From: Proteromonas lacertae
Taxonomy: Eukaryota
Reading direction: 5' to 3'
Assembly: GCA_002245135.1 (NCBI GenBank)
Contig: NGBS01000584.1
Span: 248,001 to 312,000 of the forward strand
DNA: 64,000 bases
This document shows positions 13,118 to 25,225 of the stretch, one piece after another. The position numbers and the translations under genes are program-made. The notes under the pieces are model-generated. The model had not been told where the DNA came from. It worked only from the letters and a program-made list of their open reading frames with translations, and made no database searches. Position 1 is the first letter of the stretch, and every line of letters begins with the position of its first letter.

Positions 13118-14405
13118 ATATAGATATAGACATACATGTATTACATCAGTTTTTACAGTAAGCAGTTCATTGTGACTAACCAATTTTGAATGGTTCAAGA
13201 ATTACAGATAATTTTTGTAAAATTCATTCTTTAGAACATTCCATTTATCTTTTTAGCTTAAGCTAATTTCTTGATTATTGCATTATAATTGTATTTAATT
13301 ATACTTGATTATTTTATTTATTTATAATATAGGCATATAGAATGTTTAAAGTGCTAATTTACTTAGTTTTTAGTCTAGTTTCAGTGAATGCACTACTACA
13401 CGAATCAAGCTACTATGCGAACAAATTTGCAGCATTTGAAAAAGAATATGGTAAGAAATATGCTGACGAAGCTGAATTTAAGTATAAAATACTGAAATAT
13501 ACACAAATAGTAAGCGTTTAGAGATATTTTCAACTAATGTAGATAAAATCGAGAAATTTAATTCAGAAAAACACTCTTATAAGATGGGTATAACACAATT
13601 CGCAGATTTAACAGATAAAGAGTTTAAAGAAAAGTATTTAACAAATGTATCTGTGCCAGATATAAAGAAAACAAAGCATATTCCAAAGAAGATGAAAGAT
13701 GACGAAATACCTGAAAGACTTGATTGGAGAGAAGCTGGTATTATGTCTCCAGTGGAGCATCAACACGAATGTGGAGGTTGCTGGTCATTCGCTGCTCTAG
13801 AGGTATTACAAGCTGTTCATGCTCTTAATGGAACTCATGAGCCAACTCATTTACAAGCAACAATTAATAGATTGCGCAAGAGGGGTTGGAATAAACAATG
13901 GATGTGATGGAGGGAATGTTTATTATGCTTATGAATATACACAGAATCAAAAGGTTTTATGTACAGAAGATGAATATGAATATTTGAATAGGGATTTTGT
14001 GTGTGCTTTAGAAAGTACTCATTGTACATATAGAAATTATCAAACAGATTACCAAGCATTTGGCGGAGAAGTTTTAACTCAATTTATGATAATAGAATCA
14101 CCTTTAGCTATATCAATTGATGCATCTAATTTGAATTTATATAAGTCTGGAATTGTTTCTGTAGATGATTGTCCAGATCCTTCAATTCAAAACCACGCAG
14201 TAGTTTTGGCAGGATATGGCACTGAAAACGGAATGGATTATTGGTTGATAAAAAATAGTTGGGGTAGTGATTGGGGTGAAAATGGTTATTTTAGACTTGA
14301 AAGAAATGGCAATAATCCTGGCGAAGGTGCTTGTGCTATTGGCTGTTATGTTGTTGGTATGACAATGTATATATTTACTTTTCATTTTCTTACATAGAGA
14401 ACATA
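13118..14405 (+). repeat. About 1.29-kb direct repeat, second copy at 14971-16260
   Basis: Appears identical apart from a 2-nt indel. Identity stops about 8 nt into the last (TM) exon. Confidence 0.92.
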
Positions 14406-14626
14406 CCGAAAGTGAAGAAGAATTTGATTATAGTAAAAAAGAGTTTATATTAAGTGTAGCTGGTACAATAATCGAAATATTTGCATTGCTTTTATGCTAT
14501 TTTACAGGCTGCTGCTATTATACTAGAGAAAGATGTTGTTGTTGTTGTTGTTGCTGGTTTGGTAAAAAGGATAAATATAACAGTAATAATATTGACGATT
14601 CAATTTTAGCAGCAGCAGATCTTTAG
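13342..14626 (+). pseudogene. C1A cysteine protease copy 3; 2-nt deletion frameshift at about 13853 (pseudogene or sequencing error)
   Basis: Appears identical to copy 4 through the catalytic domain except CATTTA--CAAGCAA vs CATTTAAGCAAGCAA. The last exon has a TM helix and RERCCCCCCCWFG. Confidence 0.75.
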
Positions 14627-14729
14627 AATATATATCTATTATTATTATAAAGGTTTTAACTTTAAACAATATATTTATATATATTTTGTATAAAATCATC
14701 ATTTCATATGAAAACAGCATATGTGTTAT

Positions 14730-14762
14730 TTTAATAACCCTCTGCATTCTCTGGATATTAAA
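14730..14762 (-). pseudogene. Decayed remnant of the UFM1 3' end
   Basis: TTAATAACCCTCTGCATTCTCTGGATATTAA vs TTAATAACCTCCTACACGATCTCTGGGTATTAA at 16585-16617. Both are preceded by ATATGAAAA(C/T)AGCATAT. Confidence 0.6.
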
Positions 14763-15194
14763 TGCTATACTTTCCCTATTAATATGCATTTATATAAAAA
14801 TAAAATCAAAATTAGATTCATCTTCTACAAATTTATTAAGTCATGCAAATAATTAATATAATTGCTTATATATGATATTATTTTAATAATTGTTTGTGTT
14901 TCATCGTATTTGCATATATAATAAAAATCAAGTTGAGATTAATATATGTCAAATACAGAGTTATCATACAATATAGATATAGACATACATGTATTACATC
15001 AGTTTTTACAGTAAGCAGTTCATTGTGACTAACCAATTTTGAATGGTTCAAGAATTACAGATAATTTTTGTAAAATTCATTCTTTAGAACATTCCATTTA
15101 TCTTTTTAGCTTAAGCTAATTTCTTGATTATTGCATTATAATTGTATTTAATTATACTTGATTATTTTATTTATTTATAATATAGGCATATAGA

Positions 15195-16496
15195 ATGTTT
15201 AAAGTGCTAATTTACTTAGTTTTTAGTCTAGTTTCAGTGAATGCACTACTACACGAATCAAGCTACTATGCGAACAAATTTGCAGCATTTGAAAAAGAAT
15301 ATGGTAAGAAATATGCTGACGAAGCTGAATTTAAGTATAAAATACTGAAATATACACAAATAGTAAGCGTTTAGAGATATTTTCAACTAATGTAGATAAA
15401 ATCGAGAAATTTAATTCAGAAAAACACTCTTATAAGATGGGTATAACACAATTCGCAGATTTAACAGATAAAGAGTTTAAAGAAAAGTATTTAACAAATG
15501 TATCTGTGCCAGATATAAAGAAAACAAAGCATATTCCAAAGAAGATGAAAGATGACGAAATACCTGAAAGACTTGATTGGAGAGAAGCTGGTATTATGTC
15601 TCCAGTGGAGCATCAACACGAATGTGGAGGTTGCTGGTCATTCGCTGCTCTAGAGGTATTACAAGCTGTTCATGCTCTTAATGGAACTCATGAGCCAACT
15701 CATTTAAGCAAGCAACAATTAATAGATTGCGCAAGAGGGGTTGGAATAAACAATGGATGTGATGGAGGGAATGTTTATTATGCTTATGAATATACACAGA
15801 ATCAAAAGGTTTTATGTACAGAAGATGAATATGAATATTTGAATAGGGATTTTGTGTGTGCTTTAGAAAGTACTCATTGTACATATAGAAATTATCAAAC
15901 AGATTACCAAGCATTTGGCGGAGAAGTTTTAACTCAATTTATGATAATAGAATCACCTTTAGCTATATCAATTGATGCATCTAATTTGAATTTATATAAG
16001 TCTGGAATTGTTTCTGTAGATGATTGTCCAGATCCTTCAATTCAAAACCACGCAGTAGTTTTGGCAGGATATGGCACTGAAAACGGAATGGATTATTGGT
16101 TGATAAAAAATAGTTGGGGTAGTGATTGGGGTGAAAATGGTTATTTTAGACTTGAAAGAAATGGCAATAATCCTGGCGAAGGTGCTTGTGCTATTGGCTG
16201 TTATGTTGTTGGTATGACAATGTATATATTTACTTTTCATTTTCTTACATAGAGAACATAACGAAATTAATGAAATTGATGGTAATAGTAAAGAACTCAT
16301 TATAAGTATAGTTGCTACAATAATTGAAATTGTTGCATTACTTTTATGTTATTTTACAGGCTGCTGCTATTATACTAGAGAAAGATGCTGTTGTTGTTGT
16401 TGCTGGTTTGGTAAAAAGGATAAATATGATGCTAAAAAGGATAGACATAATGGTAGAAATATTGATGAATCAATAATGAAAGCAGCAGATCTTTAA
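15195..16496 (+). CDS. C1A cysteine protease copy 4 with TM anchor and poly-Cys tail
   Basis: QHECGGCWSF, NHAV, NSWG. Last exon ELIISIVATIIEIVALLLCYFTGCCYYTRERCCCCCCWFGKK...MKAADL*. Confidence 0.92.
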
Positions 16497-16584
16497 AATA
16501 TATATCAATAATAAAGGTTTTGAGTTTAACTTGTGTTTCTATATACAAACACCATTCTATATGAAAATAGCATATCTATTATTT

Positions 16585-16963
16585 TTAATAACCTCCTACA
16601 CGATCTCTGGGTATTAATCTCAAATCTGATCCATATTTTAGAAATACATTGCCTGCTGTTTGTGATGGATTAATTCCAGATCCATCTATAAATTATATAA
16701 CTATATTATTATAAATACCATTGGTTATAATAGCACTAGTAGCAGCTGGAACATGAAACTCTTCAGCTGCATATTTTAATACATGAGTGAAAGGTGCATT
16801 TTCTGGTACTTTTAATCTATTCAATAATCATATAATAATCTTCATACACTCTGTAAGGGAGTTTTGGATCAGATGTAAGTGTAATTTTAAATGAAACTTT
16901 ACCACCTTCGCTCCTAATACAATAAAATAAATACTAATTCAAGAAATATATCTATCTATACAT
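16585..16963 (-). CDS. UFM1: Ubiquitin-fold modifier 1 (absent from the ORF track)
   Basis: Spliced: [88 protein letters not shown]. Three introns; the first (16914-16961) splits the ATG. Confidence 0.95.
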
Positions 16964-17071
16964 TTAAAATGAAAATGAAAAATAATGAAACGGACAAAAA
17001 CTTGATTTGAGTGTTTTATCACAAAACTTTTTCGTTTCAGTTTGTTTATCTGATTATCATCAATATAATCA

Positions 17072-20000
17072 ATGGAGGAGGAAAAAACTACACCACCTCA
17101 ACCAAGTATATTTATAGATTTTAAAAAGTTTATATTACTAGATATAACATTTGTTGAAGAACTGAACAAGGAAGATAAAAAACCTAAAATTCAAATAACC
17201 CCAGAAGAAACAAAAGAAGAACCGCCTAAACCAATAGTTCCACCTATTGATGCAGCACAAAAGAAACCGCTGAAAGGCAAAATGAAATTAAAACATACAG
17301 TTAAGAAGGTTATTGACACACAAAACTTTGCTAAAAGTTACCAATTCAACAGACAGAAGAAAGCATTAGAAGCAGTATATTTCTAACGTTTATAATTCTG
17401 TAGTCATTTACAATTATATCTGCATCAATTCCTCGTTATTTATACAGACTGATAAAGAAGACTAACAGCTCAATAAAACCAGGATCAAGATCATTTTATT
17501 CAATTGTAGGATATTTAAAGTTTGCAGGTTATTCACAACTCTCTGAAGTGTTAACAAAAAGAAGGCAAACTGCAGGAGAAGTATCAGATCTAAATGTTGC
17601 TTTAGAAGAATTAATTAAATATTTGAATCTCTATTATGCTGATATAGTGAAAATAGTATATGAATATGGTGGAGATATCATTAGATATACTGATAAAGGG
17701 TTTATAGTATTCTGGCCTGTGGAAACAGAAGAAAATCTATTGAAATGGGGAGAAAAAGACTCTGCTCCATCCACATCAGATATAAATAAAGCGCTAATAG
17801 AAGAAAATGTAGAAAAAGCCTTGAAATGTATGTTACATATCAATAAAGTTGTCGATACTTTAAATTACACCAATTTTTTAGAATTACAAGTCCATTTAGG
17901 ATTAGCATGTGGTTATACTAAATTCTTCGTGATTAATAGTAATAATTTAGATCATTATGATCAATTTATAACTGGCGATCCTTTAATCCAAGCGTTTGAA
18001 ATGTCTCAGATGTCTATGAATAATGGAGTGACAGTAACTAAAGAGATTTATGACTTTATAAAACTGAAAGATTTGTGTGGACAATTAGTATCTTTAGATG
18101 GTGGAATATATATAGATTCGAGATACCAAAAATTTCCATTAACCAATTTTACTAAAAGTAATACTAATTCATCTACAGATCAATTAGTCAGAACACCAGT
18201 GTTTGAACTTCAACAATTTTTAATATTGTACATTACTTCCAATATAAGAGAAGGGATTTGTTGTGGACCATCAGCATCAGTCAAAAAGACATTTAATCCA
18301 ACACAGATTGATAGTTATACTGGTTGGTTAGCTGAAATAAGAAGAGTTACTGTATGTAATATATTATTCCCTGATTTAAAAGGTAATGAAGATTTTAGTG
18401 ATTATCAAACTCTATACAATATGGTGTTAGATATTATTAAACCAAGAAATGGAACAGTGAAACATATATCATTAACAAGTGAAGGTATTCATATGGAAAT
18501 AGTGTTTGGCTTGACATCTCCAGTTGGTTATGTAAGTCATGCAGTAAAAGGAGGAATGGAATTAAGTGAAGCATTTGAAGGTAAAAATATAAACAGTATA
18601 ATAGGAATATCAACTGGTTTTGTATATTGTTGTGTTGTTGGAAGTCCAATAAGATGTGATTACACTTTAAGTGGTGATTGTATTGATACTGCTAAGAAGC
18701 TAATAAGCAATGGATTGTTCTTAATTGATACACAAAATAGAACAAATGTTATACTATGTGATGGTATAACTAGAGAAGAATCAAAACATTTGATTTACTT
18801 TGAATTTATTTCAAAGATCAAATTAAAAGGTAAAATAGAAGAAGTATTAGTCTATGAACCATTTGAACAGACATTCTTAGATCCAAACGAAGAGAAGAAA
18901 TTGGAAGAAGGTGGTGTTAATGGAGGTAGTACAAGTCCAACATCAGAGAAACCATCTCTACGATTAGATTATGAGAATTATGAAAGTGACGTATCTGAAT
19001 CACATGGAAGTATGACAGGAGGATCTTCATCAACATTATTAGTCGATCCTGATACAAAGAAAAGTATAATATACTTATTATTAATATATATTATATTAAT
19101 AGAACCAGCAGCATTTAGTCCAGGAACATTCCAAAAGAAACCATTGAAATTCCAAAGAAGAGATTCAGGAAGAGTAGCTGCTACACCTGTAGGTGGAGTT
19201 GGTACAAGAGGTAGTTCATATAAACGAAATAGTCGTAGAGAATCAGGACAAACTGCTAATTCAAGACATGCTTCATTTAGCAGAGCAATATCACTCAGAG
19301 CAGTTCAACAACAACAACAACAATTAGATAAGAAAGATGGTAAAAGAGAGAAAATGACTGCTTATGCTGCTGGATTTGGTAATGATAATCATCGATTTGG
19401 TGTTCATATGAGTAATACAACTTCATTATCAAAATATTTTGATAAATTTACACCTCAACAACAAATGATATTGAAAATATGTGCTGTGATTGGTTATTAT
19501 CAAAATAGAATTTATTATGAATTATTATATGAAATATTACCAGTTCAAAGTTTTAAAACTAATTTGAGAGAATCTTTGAGTGAATTAGTGAAGATTGGAA
19601 TATTAAAGGAAATAACACCTATCAAATTGGATAAAGTAAATGCTGATTTAAGCAATGTGAAATTTGATAAATTAGGTGGAGATCAACCAGTTTATTCATT
19701 TAAAAGAGATCATGTATATATTTTTATTATTTAATTAATTATTATGAAATAGGCTATTAATGTATTATATGAACAATTATTACTAAGTCAAAGACAAGAT
19801 TTACATTATGAAATATGTCAATATTATGAAAAGTTAATTGGAGATTCAATTCCTAGTATGAAACACACTACATTGTGTATGATTGCACATCATTGGAATA
19901 TGATAGCTGATGAAAGACTGGCAAAGACAAAAACTATTAACTACTTACACTCTGCAGCTATGAATGCTTTCAATGACAATAAGTATTTAAGTGCCATTGA

Positions 20001-20355
20001 ATATTATGAGATTATTATTGATATGTTTGAGATGTACAATAAAGTAGGCGGTGGTGCTGTTCCTCTGAATTGTTGTCCTGGATTAATATATTTGAGACTA
20101 GGACAAGTGAATATTAGGATTAATCAAAAGAATGATGCTATAATTTATTTAGAAAAAGCATTCGAATCATTTAAAGCACCAAAACCTACAACAAGATTTA
20201 CAATTGTTGTTGATACAGGTAAAGAACAGATATCATATAATTTGAAAAAAGGGTTTAGTTGTTTTAAGAAGAGAATACAGTATGTAATACCTGAAAATGT
20301 TGTGAAAAATGATGTAGTGGATTTGTATGGATGTTATTGTTCTGTCTTCAATTAA
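17072..20355 (+). CDS. Soluble adenylyl cyclase (ADCY10-like) relative with two degenerate class III cyclase domains and a TPR-like C-terminus
   Basis: YGGDII, LQVHLGLACG..F.ITGDPL, EIRRVTV, IIGISTGFVYCCVVGSPIRCDYTLSGD, IKLKGK, QQQMILKICAVIG, IAHHW. Confidence 0.8.
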
Positions 20356-20478
20356 TATAAACAAAGCATATGTATTTTATATTTTTATTGTATTTCTCTG
20401 TTTCTGTTGTTGAAATAAAGCAAATACAAAATATGTGAAACGACTATAATTTCATTATAATTTGGATATTAATTAATA

Positions 20479-22711
20479 ATGAGTGAGAATACCTGCTTCA
20501 TATGTGAATCACCAATTGAATACTATGCAATAGGAGAGTGCGATTGTGAGTATAAGAATAAAGCAGTCTGTGCTTTATGTGTAGTTAGACTAAGATGTGT
20601 TATGAAAGAAAAAAACTGTCCTTTTTGTAGAGTATTATCTTTTTATATTATGTACATGAAATAGGGGGTAAGTGAAAAGATAATCATAACACAGAATTGT
20701 GAGAAGAGATATGAAGAATATCATATACACGATAATTATTGCCCTACATTGCAATATGATGATAAATTAGAGGCTTTTTATGATGTTAATAGACAATATA
20801 TAGCTTACTTACATGAGTTAAGTAGTAATAGTTGTTCTTTATGTTCAGAATTTCCAACTAATTTAGAAAATTTAAAAAAGCACATGATATCTGTTCATAA
20901 TTTACATTTCTGTAATTTATGTTTAGAAAAGAAGTATAGATTATACCATAATATTTGATAGGAGTGTATTTTTAAAAGAACAGACATTATACACAAAAGA
21001 TGAATTATATAAACACATACGATATGGTGATAAATCAATTGGATTTGAAGGTCATCCTTACTGTTACTTTTGTGGAAGAAATTTCTATGATGAAAATGAT
21101 ATATTAAATCACAAACGTAATACACATGTTGTTTGTATTATATGTACGGTTGAACAAAAGAAAGAAGTATTTTACAAAAATGAAACTGAATATATGAATC
21201 ATGTAAGAATACAACATTATTTATGCAACATTGATGGATGTAAATATGCATTTGGTGAAGAATATCAATTAGAATTACATCGAGTATATATATATTATTA
21301 CATATAGAGAGGTGTACATCATATTATAGATAAAAGTATAACTATTCCTACAGGTTTTAAGACCTACAGAGAGACGAGAAATAACTCGACAACATCTTCT
21401 ACATCATCATCAATGAAAACACATTCACCACGACCAATACAACAAGAGCCACCACCACCATTACCTACATCAACAACATCAACTGATAATGATTTATTTC
21501 CATCATTAGATAATGTTTATGTTAATAATAGTAATGATATTCATAATAATTATAGACGAGAAGATTTATTTCCTACTTTACCTCCTTCATCACCATCGTA
21601 TAACACTAATATCAGTCTGAGTGAATCAATTAAGAATAAATCAAATAGAAGATTCAATTTTGTTCCTAATAAAACAATGGTATAATCATCATAATTATTT
21701 ATTTTAATTAATAGAATTCTTGGAAGAAGAATAATCCATCATTAAAACAACAACCTCCACCACCACCAGTTGCTGGTTATAGTTTATTCTCTGATAATAA
21801 AGAAACACTTAAATTTAACAAAGATAAATCAAAATCAAATAATGATAATGTGTGGAAGAATAGTAGTAATAAATCCACTCCAAAATCACCACCTTCAACC
21901 CAACCAGATACACTTCCAAAAGTTTCACCAAGAGAAAATAAAACACCAAATAATAAGTCAAATGATGAAACTTCTTCTTCTTCTTCTTCTTCTACAATTC
22001 CTATTAATCCATCAGTATCAAATATAATACCAAACCAAAATGAATTAATGAATAGAATAGTTGAAGAGCCAAAACATAATATTCAACCTCAATTATCTTC
22101 TACAGTTCCAGAATCAATAAAAAGAGCTTCTGCTATTGCTTCAACAAGTAATAACAGAATAGCATGGAATAGATCTAATAATGAGTTTAATAATAAATTA
22201 TATTTGTTATTAAATGGAAATGATAATAGTGTAAAAATAGTAAATGGATTATATAAACAATTTGTTCAAGGAAATATTGATGTAAAGACATTCTTAAAAA
22301 GGATTAGAAAACATGTCAATAATTCCTGTTTTCTTAACTTAATAGAATATATTATAAAAGTAATACCAAATGAAGAATTATCAAATGATCTAGCTATAGA
22401 AATTTGTGAATATAATAATGAGAATAATGGATCAGAAAATGATGAAAGTAGTGATGATGATGAAGAAGGAGTAGAAGATGTAATAGTAATAAATAATAAA
22501 TCTAAATCTAAATGTATAAAGTTATATTAATATTTATATAGCATATGATTCGTTATTTCCACCACCTCCACCACCAACTAAACCTGTTGAGAGTATTTTA
22601 CCCAAACCAAAATCGAATGTATTTCCTGCTCATCCTGTCCATCCTGATTTACCATCATATGTAATGAGTAGTAAAGATAAAAAGAGTAAGAAGAAGAATA
22701 GAAAGAAGTAA
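20479..22711 (+). CDS. ZNF598: ZNF598/Hel2 ribosome quality-control E3 ligase
   Basis: RING CFIC..AIGECDC..VCALCVVRLR..CPFCR, C2H2 fingers including GFEGHPYCYFCGRNFYD, FPSL/FPTL motifs, basic C-terminus. Confidence 0.85.
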
Positions 22712-22892
22712 TTAATTCTTGTTTTTAATTATTTTGTTGAAATTATGTTTTATATATTCATAAACTGCAGAAATTTGAAATTATGAATTATATTATATAA
22801 TTATTACTAAATATGGAACATATCATCGAAATTTAAAATAATCAAGTTGACATTTACTTTGTCAGTAATAGGTCAAAATTACATTATTGAAA

Positions 22893-25032
22893 ATGAAAGC
22901 ATCTAATCCTTATATCAATGAAAATGGGTATTTATTCTATTACATATGTTGATAATAGCCTAGGAAGATTGTTTGCATCTAATGGTTTTGGGGATTTAAG
23001 AGTAATTGTCAGAGGAGAAGAGATAATGTGTGCAAAGGCTTTTTTCATGGTTTCAAACCTCAAATTGAAAGAATTAATAGAAAATAGTGGAAATGCTAAC
23101 ACAATAGAATTAATTCAAGAATGTAGTAAAGAATCTTTTTTGGAATTAGAAAAGTATTACGGTGGAGGATGTATGAATATAAATCAGAATAATGTATGTG
23201 AGATATTATCTACATGCATTTATTATGAGGAAAATACCATAATTCCCTGTTGTATGATATTTATCAAAACTCATTTAAATGATAAACTGGTAAGAAAATT
23301 GATGAAATTGGTCAATGCATTTGAAAATATCAATAGTAAAGAAGCAATGAAAGAGTTGAATATCATTATTAATAAGTATATAAAGAAAAATGGATATAAA
23401 TTACTAAAAGAAGAGAATATAGATGAATTAGTTTTAAAAGATTTAAAAATGATATTGAAGGAGATGAAATATATAATCGATAAAGAAAATTGGTTATTCA
23501 AAGTGTTATTTAAAAAATATGAAAATGAAATGAAAAAAGAAATGTTGGGTGAAAGTGAAAAAATAGAATTAGAAAACGAATATATTGATTTGATAAGAAA
23601 ATCAATTGATTTCGAAAATATTGAAATGAATTTATTAGATTCTAGAGAAATTAGTTTTATAAAGAATAATATAAATTTAAGCAAATTATTCAATATGGAT
23701 AAAGAAGGAAAATTCAATCATTTAACTATTAATTTAGAAAAAATAAAAGAAATAGAAACAAAAGAAATAATATATAAATATTACATAGAAGAGGATATAA
23801 TATCAATCAAAGAAAAAGATATAGAAATACTAGAAAAGAATAATGTGAAAGAAGTAATCATGAAGTTATTAAAACATGAAGATATAAAATTGAAAGAAAT
23901 TGGAATGATTATTATGCTTGACATCAAAAAAAGATATGATAATGAATATTGTGAGATATTGAATGCTGATGTAATGTCTAGTTTATTATGGTTATTATCA
24001 AATGAATATAAATGCAATGAAAATGAAAGAATATTCAAATGTTTTTGTTTATTAATAAATGATAAAAATACTATCACAACAATCAAGTATTTATGTGGAA
24101 TAGAAGTATTATTTCATTTATTGAATTACAGATGTTATATATCAAATGAATTACAAGCACTTTTAATTAATTATATAGAAAGTCAAAATTTAACAAAAAA
24201 AGAATATTGGAGTATGATGGCTATAATAAGAAACAAAGAAATAATATCACATTTTATGAACAGAATTAATAGTATAACTAATCTTTCATATCCTAAATCA
24301 CATATTAAAGTTAATGGTAATATCTCAATAAAACCAACATGTGATGGATCTATATGTTCATTTTCAATCAATCCACCTTTACCAAAATCAATCGTTTTAA
24401 TTGAAGATACAGGCGAAATAAATGGTTATGTTGATAGAGATATAGATGAAGTGGAATATACTATTAAATGTGAAAATATTATCAGTAAACTGGAATTTAA
24501 ACTATCATTTGTATATGAAGAGGTTTGTTTTTCTGAAGAATGTAGAAATGAAAATGTGATAATTTGTAACAATGGTAAAACAATCACAAATAAAGAAAAT
24601 ACTAGAAATGTTCGTCATTCTTTCATAAATATAAAAATGGAAAGTGGAATATATCATTATAAATATAAATTTTTGAGAAATGGATCAGATAGTTTATCTA
24701 TTGCGTTTTATTTATCAACTAAAATAACTGCAAATAATGATTATAGTAGTTCTTCATGTTGTTATTTTACTACACGCTTTGGAAATGTCGGAAATATTGT
24801 TAAATATAGTGATATTGGAACAGTTGCTACTTCAAATCCAAATTTTAATCATGGAGATGGTTCAATTTACGAAGTGATTGTTGATATGAATAAAAGAGAA
24901 TTTTGGATAAGTCATAATGATTCATCTCCTGTTTTGCTTGTTAAAGATTTACCTTCTCCTTTGTATCCATGTTGTTTACCTGGACCGATAGGATGTTCAA
25001 TAGAATTATTATCATATATGCATTATGAATGA
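22893..25032 (+). CDS. BTB/POZ - helical - Ig-like (He_PIG-type) - SPRY/B30.2 protein
   Basis: Likely true ATG at 22893 with a 31-nt intron (GTATTT..AATAG) joining to LGRLFASNG. BTB (DLRVIV..INQNNVCEIL), Ig-like (FSINPPLPKSIVLIEDTGEING), SPRY (VIVDMNKREFWISHN..LYPC). Confidence 0.7.
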
Positions 25033-25225
25033 ATAATTGATATAAACTTCATTTATTAAATCAAAATGTTGATGTATAAAATGTACATTTTGGTTATTTA
25101 ATACCATATAAAATGAATTAATATTCTGCAATGAGTTTTTATAATATTTCTAAAAAAATAGTGAGTTATTTATCCGTTTTATTAAATATATTCGTTTCAA
25201 TTTCCGAATTTTTTAAAAGTGATTT

